Part shown: positions 38,811 through 50,012 of the stretch, piece by piece
How the letters are laid out: each line of letters begins with the position of its first letter
Position numbering within the stretch: position 1 is the stretch's first letter
Source: Thiotrichaceae bacterium UBA973
GTDB lineage: Bacteria; Pseudomonadota; Gammaproteobacteria; Eutrophobiales; Eutrophobiaceae
Assembly: GCA_002292815.1 (NCBI GenBank)
Contig: DBBX01000003.1
Location: 8,160 to 72,159, forward strand
Reading direction: 5' to 3'
DNA length: 64,000 nucleotides
The notes under the pieces: model-generated
What the model saw: only the letters and a program-made list of their open reading frames with translations
Databases searched by the model: none
Told to the model about the DNA's origin: nothing
Made by a program: the position numbers and the translations under genes

Positions 38811-39719
38811 TTATAGATCATCAGCTACATGATGATGGCCTCGAGAATGCGACTGCATAGCAAAACCAAGCCCGATAAACACGATCAGTACGCCTAAGAT
38901 AAAATTAAGCTCGATCGCTTCACCTAAAAATAAATAGCCTAATATGATAGCGGTAATCGGATTTAATGTGACAAAGATCGTAGTATATGTTGCCGTGCTT
39001 TTATTCAAGACCCAATTCAACAGGAAGAATGCAAGTCCACCCGCTACTATACCTAAATAAACCATTAAACCTATTTGCGCGGGTGTAAGTAAGCTTACAT
39101 GTTCATCGATGCCGTTAGCGATACTAAATGGCAGTAGACACAAACATCCAGTCAACATTGCCAATGGCGTCATCGTTGAAGCTGGCACTTCTTGCAAAAC
39201 CGCTCGCGCAAAAGTGGCATAGATTCCACCAATAATCGCCGTAAACAACATGATGATCTCTCCTTTGAATAAGGTTCCGTCTCCCGAAATCATCATCAAC
39301 TTATCTGATAGAGCAACCGTAAGACCGAGCAAGGTAAGCCCAATGGCAATTAATGAGTTTTTGTTGATGTTCTCATGACCAATAGCCTTACTAATTAACA
39401 TCGCCCAGATCGGCATCGTTGCTAACACTAGAGAACCTCTTGCTGCGCTGGTATGTACGAAACCCCATGAAAACATAAAAGGAAACAATGCAAAAAACAA
39501 AGCCCCGAGACCAGCAATCTTTAGTAATAGGATTTTAGTTAATCGTGATGTGCGAAACAGAAAGAACAGCGGCAACATTGCAAAACCACCAAAGAGATAA
39601 CGCATAAAGGCGATTTCGACCGGATCCAGTACTGTAACCAGATAACGTGTGGCAACAGATGCTGTACCGGTAAGAATATGGCAACACATGATTGCCAGGG
39701 TTGGTTTCCACATACTCAT
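38811..39719 (-). CDS. DMT/EamA family transporter
   Basis: About 10 TM helices in two EamA repeats; LNPITA..LG..FLGE. Confidence 0.88.
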   Translation of the reverse strand: MSMWKPTLAIMCCHILTGTASVATRYLVTVLDPVEIAFMRYLFGGFAMLPLFFLFRTSRLTKILLLKIAGLGALFFALFPFMFSWGFVHTSAARGSLVLATMPIWAMLISKAIGHENINKNSLIAIGLTLLGLTVALSDKLMMISGDGTLFKGEIIMLFTAIIGGIYATFARAVLQEVPASTMTPLAMLTGCLCLLPFSIANGIDEHVSLLTPAQIGLMVYLGIVAGGLAFFLLNWVLNKSTATYTTIFVTLNPITAIILGYLFLGEAIELNFILGVLIVFIGLGFAMQSHSRGHHHVADDL

Positions 39720-39955
39720 AGGTTAATTTCAATATATTTAGGCAGCAAGTTGACTGAAGATATGACTATATTATGAGTAGAATATTATTTTTATTTAAAA
39801 AAGATGATAATTACGAAAGCCATATTTATTATGGTTTACCAATAGCACTATGTATAGGTCATTCATCCTAAAAATCCAGCGATATGTAAACTTATGCTTG
39901 TTCTTATACACTAACATCAACTTATCTGAATAAATTTAATACGGATCTTAATTAT

Positions 39956-40705
39956 ATGCATAACGCACTCGTTATTGGCGCATCAGGTGGTATTGGAATA
40001 GCGATGACTCAGCTTCTACTGGAGAAAGACATCCATGTCATTGCTAGTGTCAGAAAACATCAAATAAGTAAATTTGAACCACTAAACAAGCTAAAAGCAG
40101 ACTATAAATCACAGTTCACAATAGTTTCTATGGATATTAGTGCCCAGGAAAGTGTAGAAAAGGCATTCACTTCAATATCTGAACAGACAAATAAGTTACA
40201 TTTTATTATTAATTGCACTGGTCTATTGCATGATAGCAAGGGTCTTCAACCTGAAAAACGTCTGGAAGATATTAATGCTGATCATCTCGCCCAGTCTTTT
40301 GCAATTAATTCAATTGGCCCTTTACTCATTGCTCGCTATGCGCTGCCATTGCTTCGTCATGAAGAACGCAGCGTGCTATCGAATACTTCTGCCCGTGTCG
40401 GTAGTATTTCCGATAACCGCGCTGGCGGCTGGTATGCCTACCGAGCGGCAAAGGCGGCACAAAATATGATCACTAAAAATATCGCAATTGAATTGAAAAG
40501 ACGCTCACCGAATACTATTTGTGTGGGTCTACATCCCGGTACTGTGGATACTGATTTATCCAAGCCGTTTCAAAGAAACCTAAAGCCAGGACAACTTATA
40601 ACAACAGAGCAATCAGCGAGTTATCTGTATAAGGTCATTAGTAAGTTGGATAACAAAGATAGCGGCAAAGTATTTGCCTGGGATGGCAGTGAAGTATTTC
40701 CTTAA
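39956..40705 (+). CDS. Short-chain dehydrogenase, C-factor (CsgA)-like
   Basis: GASGGIG, PEKRL, SARVGSISDN..GGWY.YRAAKAA and LHPGTVDTDLS.PF. Confidence 0.9.
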   Translation: MHNALVIGASGGIGIAMTQLLLEKDIHVIASVRKHQISKFEPLNKLKADYKSQFTIVSMDISAQESVEKAFTSISEQTNKLHFIINCTGLLHDSKGLQPEKRLEDINADHLAQSFAINSIGPLLIARYALPLLRHEERSVLSNTSARVGSISDNRAGGWYAYRAAKAAQNMITKNIAIELKRRSPNTICVGLHPGTVDTDLSKPFQRNLKPGQLITTEQSASYLYKVISKLDNKDSGKVFAWDGSEVFP

Positions 40706-40710
40706 TTAAA

Positions 40711-40726
40711 AAGTCTAATTAGACTT
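40711..40726. repeat. Perfect 16-bp palindrome AAGTCTAATTAGACTT between convergent genes
   Basis: Read directly; a partial copy GTCTAATT follows at 40732. Confidence 0.5.
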
Positions 40727-40741
40727 ACTTCGTCTAATTCA

Positions 40742-41203
40742 TCATCCCATAGAATAAACAGTACCCAGACCAATCAGCATGAATAGTGTAACCACAATGG
40801 TCAATCTGAACCGCATAAGCATGTACCATACCGGTAATAGGTTATTTAATTCTGAATACTTCTCATAAACAAACAGAAGTGGGTATGCAATACAAAGCAT
40901 CAGCAACGCAGCAGGCAAAGGACTGATTAGCACTAACCATCCAATTAGCCCTGGCAATACGCTAATTGATAATAATAAGCCTTGTCTTTGTATCGAATCA
41001 GTCTTCAGTAACAAGCCCCAATGAACCGCGCCAATGAAGCCAAGGATAACCGCACCATAGGAAACGAATGCAATCATTGCATACGAACTAAGCTCTTTAC
41101 TATCCGAGTAAATACCCACCAAGCTAATGACAAACGGTAACAACCCACCGTAACTTAAACAATAGATAATAGTTTTAGTTTTGTCTGTGATCTCATTATT
41201 CAT
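40742..41203 (-). CDS. DUF3429 family membrane protein
   Basis: L.YGGLLPF, YGAVILGFIGAVHWG and WY..MR..LT. Confidence 0.85.
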   Translation of the reverse strand: MNNEITDKTKTIIYCLSYGGLLPFVISLVGIYSDSKELSSYAMIAFVSYGAVILGFIGAVHWGLLLKTDSIQRQGLLLSISVLPGLIGWLVLISPLPAALLMLCIAYPLLFVYEKYSELNNLLPVWYMLMRFRLTIVVTLFMLIGLGTVYSMG

Positions 41204-41226
41204 AGATAAAAACAGCTTTATAAAAA

Positions 41227-41520
41227 TTATTTTGTTTCAATAATTTCAACTGAGTTTCCAAACGGATCTTTAATATAAACTGAAGCCGTTCCATCTCGAT
41301 GCTTTGTTAATTTACCAAAAGCTTCAGCATTTGTACTTTCAATTGCAAAATGTGGAGGGTGTTGGTCCGGCATGACCAGGGCGAGAGAAAGGTTGCTAAA
41401 CTTGAGTAATGCCCATGTTTCATCTTCATAATCTAGACTGGCATCAAACTTATCGGTATACCATTTTACCGCTGTTTTAATATTGTTCACCTGTATAGCA
41501 ACATGATGTATCTTGTCCAT
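41227..41520 (-). CDS. VOC/glyoxalase family protein
   Basis: IHHVAIQV, QHPPHFA and HRDGT.SVY..DP.GN.VE. Confidence 0.85.
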   Translation of the reverse strand: MDKIHHVAIQVNNIKTAVKWYTDKFDASLDYEDETWALLKFSNLSLALVMPDQHPPHFAIESTNAEAFGKLTKHRDGTASVYIKDPFGNSVEIIETK

Positions 41521-41663
41521 AATAAGTCCTGCCGATTAGATAGATTATGACAATTTTATAGTGTATTAACTAACTAAGCATGCATTGTAAAACAGATGTC
41601 GTCGAAGACAAGAGACTTAACACAATTTTAGCCTAAGACTATTCAATTTAGACATAAAAACAT

Positions 41664-42644
41664 ATGAAACGTATCGCCATCATTGGGGCAGGAATGTCCG
41701 GCCTCACCGTTGCAAATCAGCTCAAAGAAATAGCATCAGTTCAAATATTTGAAAAATCGCGTGGTGTCAGCGGAAGGATGTCGACGCGTTACGCCGAGCC
41801 CTACCAGTTTGATCATGGCGCTCAGGATTTTACTGTTCGCGACGAAGCGTTTAAATCTTTTTTAACCCCCTATATAAATGCGGGGATCTTGCATGAATGG
41901 AAACCAAGATTAATGCTGTTAGAAAAAGGACAGATAGCTAAAATAAGAGACTGGTCAGAAATACATTATGTCCCTGTGCCGAAGATGAATGAATTATGTA
42001 TCGCTATGGCAAAGGAGATTGATGTCAATTTAAATACAGAAATCACCGAAATAGAAAAACGAAATCAGCATTGGTTCCTAAAAACTAAAGATGAACAAAC
42101 ATTCGGGCCATATGAATGGATCATCAATACAACACCTGCACCACAAGCCGAAAAACTTTTACCCGCCTCTTTTTCGGGAAATCACCTTTTTAAAAGATGT
42201 AAAATGCTTGGTTGTTATACTCTAATGTTAGCTATCAGTCAGCCATTGCCATGGGAATGGCAAGCGGCAATAGTAAAGAACTCACTTATTTCATGGATGG
42301 CATTAAATTCAAATAAACCTGGTCGCGATAATAAACAAACACTAGTTATTCAAACCGATAACCAATGGTCGGAAGACCATATAGATGAAGCGACATCAGA
42401 TATACAGCAGCTTATTCTGAATGAGCTAAACAGCCTGTTGTTATATGATTTTTCAAGTAGTGAATATATGACAACACATCGCTGGCGATATGCAGATACT
42501 AATCAGGCTACCGCTGTCGATTACCATATCGATGATGAACTAAAACTTGGGGCATGTGGTGATTGGTTTATAAAAGGACGTATAGAAGCTGCCTTTTTGA
42601 GCGGATATAGGCTCGCTAATAGCCTAAAACAGTTTCTGTCCTGA
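41664..42644 (+). CDS. Renalase-like FAD-dependent oxidoreductase
   Basis: IIGAGMSG, FEKSRG..GRMSTR, FDHGAQ, HRWRYA and CGDW...GRIEAAFLSG. Confidence 0.9.
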   Translation: MKRIAIIGAGMSGLTVANQLKEIASVQIFEKSRGVSGRMSTRYAEPYQFDHGAQDFTVRDEAFKSFLTPYINAGILHEWKPRLMLLEKGQIAKIRDWSEIHYVPVPKMNELCIAMAKEIDVNLNTEITEIEKRNQHWFLKTKDEQTFGPYEWIINTTPAPQAEKLLPASFSGNHLFKRCKMLGCYTLMLAISQPLPWEWQAAIVKNSLISWMALNSNKPGRDNKQTLVIQTDNQWSEDHIDEATSDIQQLILNELNSLLLYDFSSSEYMTTHRWRYADTNQATAVDYHIDDELKLGACGDWFIKGRIEAAFLSGYRLANSLKQFLS

Positions 42645-42986
42645 AATAATGCCAATATATTATTTGATTCTATGTTAAAGTGTAAGAATCTCGACACCAG
42701 TAAGTGTCCAGAGCGTCATCACTAGTTGTTAGTTCGCCTCACTGCATTGCCTTTATTTATAATCGCAATCCATCCAAAGAGTCCAACTGTTCCTCCCTTT
42801 GAGAACCAATTACTGCATGCCGCACTTACGGCAAAGCTATCTACTGCCCCGATCTGTTTGCACGTTTACGTGTGCGCAATCTTTAGAGCTTATTTTACTT
42901 AGCCAAATTTATAAGTTATTTCGCTGACTTTTTGCTCGAATGAGCAAGTTACGAAATGATACAAACCTATATTTAGGAAATTATTA

Positions 42987-44345
42987 ATGACATTTGAAAA
43001 ACTCGGATTATCCGAAGAATTATTGCGTTCTGTACGCGACACAGGCTATACCAGCCCTACACCTATTCAGGCGCAAGCCATTCCTGCTATCTTAGAGGGC
43101 CATGATGTAATGGCCGCAGCACAAACCGGCACCGGAAAAACCGCCGGCTTTACCCTGCCATTGTTACAACTACTTAATGAAAAACCACCGGTAAAGAATA
43201 ACCGTGCACGTGCATTGGTGTTAACACCAACTCGTGAACTTGCCGCACAAGTTCAAGAAAGTGTATTTACCTATGGCAAACATCTGCATTTACGCTCCGC
43301 AGTTGTCTTTGGGGGCGTTAAAATAAACCCTCAGATGATGAAACTACGTCGCGGTGTCGATGTTTTAGTTGCGACACCAGGTCGTTTACTTGATCTGTTC
43401 CAACAACGCGCTATCAACTTCAATGATATTGAAATACTGGTATTAGACGAAGCCGACCGTATGTTAGACATGGGCTTTATCCATGACATCAAAAAAATCA
43501 TGGCGCTGCTACCGAAGCAACGTCAAACCCTGATGTTCTCTGCTACGTTTTCACAAGAAATTAGACAGCTCGCTAAAGGCATTATCAATAACCCGGTTGA
43601 GATAGATGTTGCACCACGTAATTCGGCCGTTGAAACTATCTCACAAGTAGTTTATCCCGTCGATAAAGCACGTAAAGCTGATCTTCTCAGTCACTTGATA
43701 CGCAAAGAAAACTGGTATCAAGTATTAGTATTCAGTCGCACCAAGCATGGCGCCGACAAATTGGTGAAACGCTTATCACGCGACAATATCCATGCTGCTG
43801 CAATTCATGGCAATAAAAGTCAAGCGCAACGCACCAAGGCACTCGACGGATTTAAAAAGAATAAAACTCAGATATTGGTTGCAACTGATATCGCTGCAAG
43901 AGGCATAGACATCGATCAACTTTCACATGTTGTGAATTTTGATTTACCGAATGTGCCTGAAGACTATGTCCATCGCATCGGCCGCACAGGTCGTGCCGGA
44001 GCAAGTGGTCAAGCTATCTCTTTGGTTAGTGCTGATGAAGCCAAACAGCTACAAGATATCGAACGACTGATAAAACGTAAGATCGAACGTGAAGAAATAG
44101 AAACCTTTGAACCACAGCATATTGTCCCTGATTCTGTCTCAGGTAAATCGTCGCAGAATAAAAAACGCGCGAACCCTAACAACAGTAACGGCAATACACC
44201 AAAACAATATAAAGGTAAGCGCAACGGTTCAAATGAACAGAATCAGCGTAGTCGTTATGGCAAGCCAAACAGTTCAAGTAACCGAAATAGCACCCCTGGC
44301 AATCGTCAACGACGAGCAGCCTCGGCAGAAAGACCAGCAGTTTAA
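42987..44345 (+). CDS. rhlE: DEAD-box RNA helicase RhlE
   Basis: [41 protein letters not shown] and [10 protein letters not shown]; basic disordered tail. Confidence 0.92.
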   Translation: MTFEKLGLSEELLRSVRDTGYTSPTPIQAQAIPAILEGHDVMAAAQTGTGKTAGFTLPLLQLLNEKPPVKNNRARALVLTPTRELAAQVQESVFTYGKHLHLRSAVVFGGVKINPQMMKLRRGVDVLVATPGRLLDLFQQRAINFNDIEILVLDEADRMLDMGFIHDIKKIMALLPKQRQTLMFSATFSQEIRQLAKGIINNPVEIDVAPRNSAVETISQVVYPVDKARKADLLSHLIRKENWYQVLVFSRTKHGADKLVKRLSRDNIHAAAIHGNKSQAQRTKALDGFKKNKTQILVATDIAARGIDIDQLSHVVNFDLPNVPEDYVHRIGRTGRAGASGQAISLVSADEAKQLQDIERLIKRKIEREEIETFEPQHIVPDSVSGKSSQNKKRANPNNSNGNTPKQYKGKRNGSNEQNQRSRYGKPNSSSNRNSTPGNRQRRAASAERPAV

Positions 44346-44362
44346 TATTAGTTAGATTATTG

Positions 44363-44411
44363 AAGGCCATCACGAACATCAAAACCAGATGATTGTCGTG
44401 ATTGGTCTTTT
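44363..44411 (+). terminator. Probable intrinsic terminator after rhlE
   Basis: Imperfect stem GGCCATCACGA...TCGTGATTGGTC followed by a T-run. Confidence 0.45.
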
Positions 44412-44467
44412 AATAATAAATCTGTCCCTACACCTGGGGACGTCATAAATGACAGAGGTAAATAATC

Positions 44468-44767
44468 ATGGAAGCCATAGTCCATAAACAAAAAACGGCC
44501 GGTGACGGACGTATATCATTTCCGACATTACATTGCTGGAATCCGGAAACAGAAATTATCACTATAGCGGCTCAAGTCAGTGGCAAACGCGTGTCTTGCC
44601 GAATCGCCTATGCTGATATAAAAACAAAATTTACTAATCTAGCAGATACACCACTAGAGACAGTTATAAAATATCGAACGGAAATAGAAGCTGCGGCTAG
44701 AAATTTGATTGAAAATAAAAAATATGAAAAGGACGGTTCCATTAAAGTAGACTACGTTGATCTTTAG
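44468..44767 (+). CDS. DUF1488-like protein
   Basis: ISFP...W...I...AQV.G..V.C.I and R.EIE..A..LI pattern. Confidence 0.65.
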   Translation: MEAIVHKQKTAGDGRISFPTLHCWNPETEIITIAAQVSGKRVSCRIAYADIKTKFTNLADTPLETVIKYRTEIEAAARNLIENKKYEKDGSIKVDYVDL

Positions 44768-44798
44768 TTGTAGTTCTCTTAATTTATAAACCGACGTG

Positions 44799-45665
44799 TT
44801 ATCTAAGTAAGAGCAAGGGCGTCTTGGTGTTAAGTAACATCTTTGTAGTAAAGCTGCCCAAAATCAGATCGTGTAATCGAGTGTGATTAAATGCACCCAT
44901 GATCGTCAAGTCAATATTATGACTGACTTGATAATCACATAACTCATCCTCAGTTTTACCCTGCAAACTAGCACTGACAATATTACTCCATCCGGCTGAT
45001 TTAAGTTGATTAACTGCCTGCTCAATTAGACTTTCAGCGGTATCCTTTTTATTAACGCAGACCAAGTGACAGCTTAGGCCTTTGTAAATCGGGCTATTAG
45101 CTATCATATCAATGTGTTGCTCACTGGCTTCACTACCATCATAAGCAATCATAATCCGTTGCGGAATTTTGAAGGCCGCATAGGCAACAAAAATATGTCC
45201 ATGTAAAGAACGGATCATCGACTCTAGCTTTGCACCAATTTTATCAGTTTGATCTTCGTGCATTTTTCCTCTCGCGCCTATCACCAAGATACGTAATTCT
45301 TCTTTAAGCTCTACCAAAGTTTCAATCAATCTGCCGTGTTGCAAACATAAAATCGGGTCATTAAATCCATCCTCAACAACACGCTCTTTTGCCGCTTGTA
45401 AAATGGACTTCCCTTCTTTTAAACGTAATTTACTGCGCGTATGTTCATTGCTGGTAATTTCTTCAAGCAAATGATCACGACTGTCCACACCCAAATTACC
45501 GGACAAATCTACTTCTTTCGCCGTTTCTTGATGATGGTCAATTGTGTACATAAGCTTTAATGGCCCTTCAACACGTTGTGCCAACCATACTGCATAATCA
45601 CAAACAGCTTCAGAAAGTTTAGATCCATCGATACAAGCCAGAATCAATTTTTTATTATTAGTCAT
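44799..45665 (-). CDS. Universal stress protein, tandem USP domains
   Basis: ACIDGS, AYDGS and MGAF.H.RL...ILGS.T; translationally coupled to sulP. Confidence 0.9.
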   Translation of the reverse strand: MTNNKKLILACIDGSKLSEAVCDYAVWLAQRVEGPLKLMYTIDHHQETAKEVDLSGNLGVDSRDHLLEEITSNEHTRSKLRLKEGKSILQAAKERVVEDGFNDPILCLQHGRLIETLVELKEELRILVIGARGKMHEDQTDKIGAKLESMIRSLHGHIFVAYAAFKIPQRIMIAYDGSEASEQHIDMIANSPIYKGLSCHLVCVNKKDTAESLIEQAVNQLKSAGWSNIVSASLQGKTEDELCDYQVSHNIDLTIMGAFNHTRLHDLILGSFTTKMLLNTKTPLLLLR

Positions 45666-47158
45666 TAGTGGCCACCCATAATTTTTTCAATTTCTTCCGG
45701 TTTATCATGAACACCAAAACGATCAATGATCGTCGAACTGGCTTCATTAAGCCCGATTAATTCTACTTCTGCACCTTGGCGTCGCAGCTTAATCACCGCT
45801 TTATCCAGTGAAGACACCGAGGTGATATCCCAAAAATGTGCCCGATTTAGATCAATTACAATCTTCTCTACCGCCTCTTTAAAATCAAAGGCAGCGATAA
45901 ATTTATCTGCTGAACTGAAGAATACCTGTCCTACCACATGATAAGTTCGAGTATCGCTATCCTCATCATATTCAGATTCAACATACATCAAATGGCTAAT
46001 CTTATTTGCAAAAAATAATGATGCCAGCAGTACCCCCACAAAGACACCCAAAGCCAGATTATGTGTCCAGACAACAACCAATACTGTCATTATCATGACA
46101 AGATTAGAAGAGAGCGGATGCTCCTTTAGATCGCGAAAGGAACCCCAGTTAAACGTTCCTATCGATACCATAATCATCACCGCAACCAATGCTGCCATGG
46201 GTATCCGACTAATCCAATCATCGAGAAACACCACCATGATCAATAATAAAATACCGGCAAGCAAGGTGGATAGACGTCCTCGGCCACCTGATTTTATATT
46301 TATCACAGATTGGCCAATCATCGCACAACCGGCCATACCGCCCATCAGCCCTGAGCCAATATTGGCAATCCCCTGACCTTTGCACTCTCGATTTTTATCA
46401 CTATCAGTATCGGTTAAATCATCAACAATCGTCGCCGTCATTAATGATTCCAGTAAACCTACTATAGCCAGCGGAACCGCATAGGGAAAAATGATTTTTA
46501 ACGTCTCCATGGTTAATGGCACATCTGGCCACAGAAAAACAGGTAGGGTATCTGGTAACTCGCCCATATCACCTACAGTTCGAATATCCAGTTTCACCAT
46601 TAATGCGATAGCGGTTAAAACAATAATGCACACTAGCGGCGAAGGAATCGATTTTCCAATTACAGGAATAAGTGGAAATAAATAAATAATTCCCAAACCG
46701 CTAAGGGTCATCACATAAACATGCCAGGTAACATTCGTTAGCTCAGGTAACTGCGCCATGAAGATCAGTATCGCCAGAGCATTTACAAAACCGGTAACTA
46801 CCGAACGCGAGACAAAACGCATCAAACTGCCTAGCTTGAGGTAGCCAGCAATAATTTGAATCGCTCCGGTTAACAGGGTTGTTGCTAACAGGTATTCTAG
46901 TCCGTGTTCTTTTACCAACGTCACCATTAACAACGCCATGGCGCCGGTCGCGGCACTGATCATCCCGGCACGCCCACCAACAATAGCCGTTGTCACGGCA
47001 ATACAGAAAGAGGCGTAGAGACCCACTTTAGGATCAACACCCGCAATAATAGAGAAGGCAATCGCCTCGGGAATCAACGCAAGCGCGACAACTAGCCCGG
47101 CCAGAATGTCAGCACGAGTATTTCCTAACCAATCTTGTTTTTTTGAGAGTAAAAGCAT
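45665..47158 (-). CDS. SulP family inorganic anion transporter with STAS domain
   Basis: [26 protein letters not shown] and [12 protein letters not shown]. Confidence 0.93.
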   Translation of the reverse strand: MLLLSKKQDWLGNTRADILAGLVVALALIPEAIAFSIIAGVDPKVGLYASFCIAVTTAIVGGRAGMISAATGAMALLMVTLVKEHGLEYLLATTLLTGAIQIIAGYLKLGSLMRFVSRSVVTGFVNALAILIFMAQLPELTNVTWHVYVMTLSGLGIIYLFPLIPVIGKSIPSPLVCIIVLTAIALMVKLDIRTVGDMGELPDTLPVFLWPDVPLTMETLKIIFPYAVPLAIVGLLESLMTATIVDDLTDTDSDKNRECKGQGIANIGSGLMGGMAGCAMIGQSVINIKSGGRGRLSTLLAGILLLIMVVFLDDWISRIPMAALVAVMIMVSIGTFNWGSFRDLKEHPLSSNLVMIMTVLVVVWTHNLALGVFVGVLLASLFFANKISHLMYVESEYDEDSDTRTYHVVGQVFFSSADKFIAAFDFKEAVEKIVIDLNRAHFWDITSVSSLDKAVIKLRRQGAEVELIGLNEASSTIIDRFGVHDKPEEIEKIMGGH

Positions 47159-47214
47159 CTAAATCCTATAATCGATAAGCAACAAACAGCCACAAGCCCT
47201 CTGTCTTAGTAAAA

Positions 47215-47328
47215 TTAAAAATAGTTGGTAGGTATGCACCAATCTGATACCGGGTCTGCTGATAAATCTATTATCGCAGTCGTACATACAAGTTGAGGGG
47301 TGTGAAATAGCCCGAAGACGAGTTCCAA
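47215..47328 (-). other. Candidate leaderless uORF or cis-regulatory leader upstream of sulP
   Basis: TATAAT (47337-47342) lies 8 nt before a TTG that opens a 37-aa ORF (LELVFGLFHTPQLVCTTAIIDLSADPVSDWCIPTNYF). Confidence 0.4.
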
Positions 47329-47485
47329 CGCTGGCTATTATAGTCTCTGTTTCGAATCAAGCTAGTGGATAACGGTATATTCTTTACTTTTCATACCTCA
47401 ATTTTAATAAAGATTGTTCTCGGACTTGTTTTTATTAATGCTATCATGCGCCACCTTCCTTCAAGCTAATAAAGAGCTAGAACCC

Positions 47486-48868
47486 GTGACAACAGCAGAC
47501 TTTTCATCACTACCCCTAAGACCTGAAGAATTGGCAAATATCCAGTCATTGGAGTATCGCACAATGACGCCAATCCAGACTCAAAGCCTACCGGCTATTC
47601 TGGAAGGCAAAGACTTACTGGCTCAGGCTAAAACCGGTAGTGGTAAAACTGCGGCATTTGCTATTGGTCTGCTGCATAAGCTTGAAATCACCACCTATCA
47701 AGTACAAGCAATGATACTTTGTCCGACACGCGAACTAGCCGATCAAGTCACTAATGAGATAAGACGCCTTGCACGTTCAATTCCAAATACCAAGATCGTC
47801 ACTTTATGTGGCGGCAAATCAATGGATCCACAACTGGCTTCGCTGGAACATCAACCGCATATAGTTGTTGGTACACCGGGACGAATATTAAAACACCTGG
47901 ATAAAGGCTCATTAAAACTCGATGGTCTGAAAACATTGGTGCTGGATGAGGCCGACCGCATGCTGGACATGGGTTTTCATGACGAAATTATGCGCGTTAT
48001 AAAAATGACGCCACATAAAAGACAAACCCTCTTATTCTCTGCAACCTATCCGAATGAAATAAAAAAGATCAGTAACGCGATTCAAATCAATCCGATTGAT
48101 GTTCGTATTGAAAGTCTGCATGACGATAAAAAAATTAAACAGATTTTTTATGAAATAACTCCAGGCGAAAGAACAAAGACATTAATCACCTTATTACGGC
48201 ATTATCAACCAGAATCAAGTTTAGTATTTTGTAATACTAAACAACAATGCCAGGATCTGGCTAGCGAATTATGGCAACAGGGTTTTCATGCACTGGCCTT
48301 ACATGGTGATCTTGAACAACGTGATCGCGATCAAGTATTGATACAATTTTCTAATAAAAGCTGTTCGATTTTAATCGCAACTGATGTTGCCGCGCGTGGT
48401 TTGGATATCAAAGAGCTACATGCTGTGATTAATTTCGAGTTGTCCCCCGATCCCGAAATTCATATTCACCGTATTGGTCGCACAGGTCGCGCGGATAAAG
48501 AAGGTTTGGCGCTGAGCATGTTCATGGAATCTGAAAAATTCAGAATCGAGGCAATCGAAAACTATAAGAAAAGCCCGGTAAAAATTGATAGGACCGCGTC
48601 ACTCAAAATTAAAGATAACATCAAACTCTATCCTCAAATGGTAACGCTATGCATCAATGCCGGTCGTAAAGACAAGGTGCGTGCTGGTGATATCCTCGGT
48701 GCCTTAACAGGCAACACTGAGCTTGCCGGTGATCAAATTGGTAAAATCGATATCTTTGATAAGCTAGCCTATGTCGCCGTTGAAAGTGCTACTGCAAAGC
48801 AGGCGTTAAAAATTCTTTCTGATGGTAAAATAAAAGGTCGTAAGTTTAGAGTAAAAAGATTGCGCTAA
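47486..48868 (+). CDS. dbpA: DEAD-box RNA helicase DbpA
   Basis: AKTGSGKTAAF, DEAD, LHGDLEQRDRDQ and the C-terminal RNA-binding domain GRKDKVRAGDILGAL. GTG at 47486 is the likely start. Confidence 0.93.
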   Translation: MTTADFSSLPLRPEELANIQSLEYRTMTPIQTQSLPAILEGKDLLAQAKTGSGKTAAFAIGLLHKLEITTYQVQAMILCPTRELADQVTNEIRRLARSIPNTKIVTLCGGKSMDPQLASLEHQPHIVVGTPGRILKHLDKGSLKLDGLKTLVLDEADRMLDMGFHDEIMRVIKMTPHKRQTLLFSATYPNEIKKISNAIQINPIDVRIESLHDDKKIKQIFYEITPGERTKTLITLLRHYQPESSLVFCNTKQQCQDLASELWQQGFHALALHGDLEQRDRDQVLIQFSNKSCSILIATDVAARGLDIKELHAVINFELSPDPEIHIHRIGRTGRADKEGLALSMFMESEKFRIEAIENYKKSPVKIDRTASLKIKDNIKLYPQMVTLCINAGRKDKVRAGDILGALTGNTELAGDQIGKIDIFDKLAYVAVESATAKQALKILSDGKIKGRKFRVKRLR

Positions 48869-48908
48869 GATTTAAAGGGAGAAATAAATGCTCCTGAATC
48901 CATAACGT

Positions 48909-49868
48909 TTAAATCTGGTCAGAAAAATACCTAAGCATGCGTGCACGCATGTCTTTATCAGGTAACTTTCCATAGGCTGCGCCCATATTTTCATGCATAT
49001 GTGCGACTTGAGATGTTGCTGGTATCGCACAGGTCACTGCTGGATGAGACACCACAAACTTTAAAAAAAACTGCGCCCAATTCTCACAATCAAATTCCTT
49101 TGCCCAATCAGGTAAGGTTTTTCCCTCAACCATGTCAAATAAACCGCCACGTTGAAACGGTCGATTGACAATCACCGCAATGTTGCGTTCCTTTGCAATA
49201 GGTAATAGGCGTTGCTCTACTTCGCGATCAACCATATTGTAAGTGAACTGCACAAAATCAAAATTTTCTTCCAGCAATGCCTTTTCCATTTTCTCATGGC
49301 GTCTTCCGTGCGACGTTGTAATGCCGATATAACGGATGCGCCCTTGCGCTTTCCATTCCTTCAAGGTCTCCAAATGCGTTCGCCAACTCAGCATATTATG
49401 GATCTGCATTAAATCGAATTGTTTCACACCCCACATTTCCTCGGCCGATGCCATCTGATTTATGCCAAAACTCTTCCCCAGGGTCCAAACCTTGGTCGCA
49501 GAGAATAATCCAGCAGGAGAGTCCAATTTAGTCAGGCAGTGCCCAATAACTGCTTGAGATGAACCATACATCGGCGAAGAATCCACCATGGCACCTCCAC
49601 GCGCAAAAAACGCCTGTAATATCCTCACACAGCGCGCACGATCTTTTTCATCGCCACCTACACTGAACGTTAGCCAGGAACCCATACCAATTATGGGTAT
49701 CATTTCCTTAGTAGCCGGGATGGCCTTGGTTAATATAGAAGACGCCAAATTAGCGGTCGATGCACGAAACGGCAAGATTGAAATAAGCGGCGTAAGTGTT
49801 AAGGCCCCTGCAGACTTCAAAAAAGAACGGCGCGGTAATTGAATCCGGCCAAATTTATCCTCCATCAC
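48909..49868 (-). CDS. Aldo/keto reductase with Tat signal
   Basis: RRSFLK twin-arginine signal; DSSPMYG, ATKVW, RYIGITT and IPATS...H..EN. Confidence 0.9.
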   Translation of the reverse strand: MMEDKFGRIQLPRRSFLKSAGALTLTPLISILPFRASTANLASSILTKAIPATKEMIPIIGMGSWLTFSVGGDEKDRARCVRILQAFFARGGAMVDSSPMYGSSQAVIGHCLTKLDSPAGLFSATKVWTLGKSFGINQMASAEEMWGVKQFDLMQIHNMLSWRTHLETLKEWKAQGRIRYIGITTSHGRRHEKMEKALLEENFDFVQFTYNMVDREVEQRLLPIAKERNIAVIVNRPFQRGGLFDMVEGKTLPDWAKEFDCENWAQFFLKFVVSHPAVTCAIPATSQVAHMHENMGAAYGKLPDKDMRARMLRYFSDQI

Positions 49869-50012
49869 CTCTACCTCATCTATTTACAGAATCTATACGA
49901 TTTCAGCATAACTGTAGCCGATTTCGTACAGTTTAACTCGACGTTTCAGCCTCAAACACCTATAGTACGCCACCGTTTAAGCGGCTCATTCAACAGTACT
50001 CAGGGAAATCCA

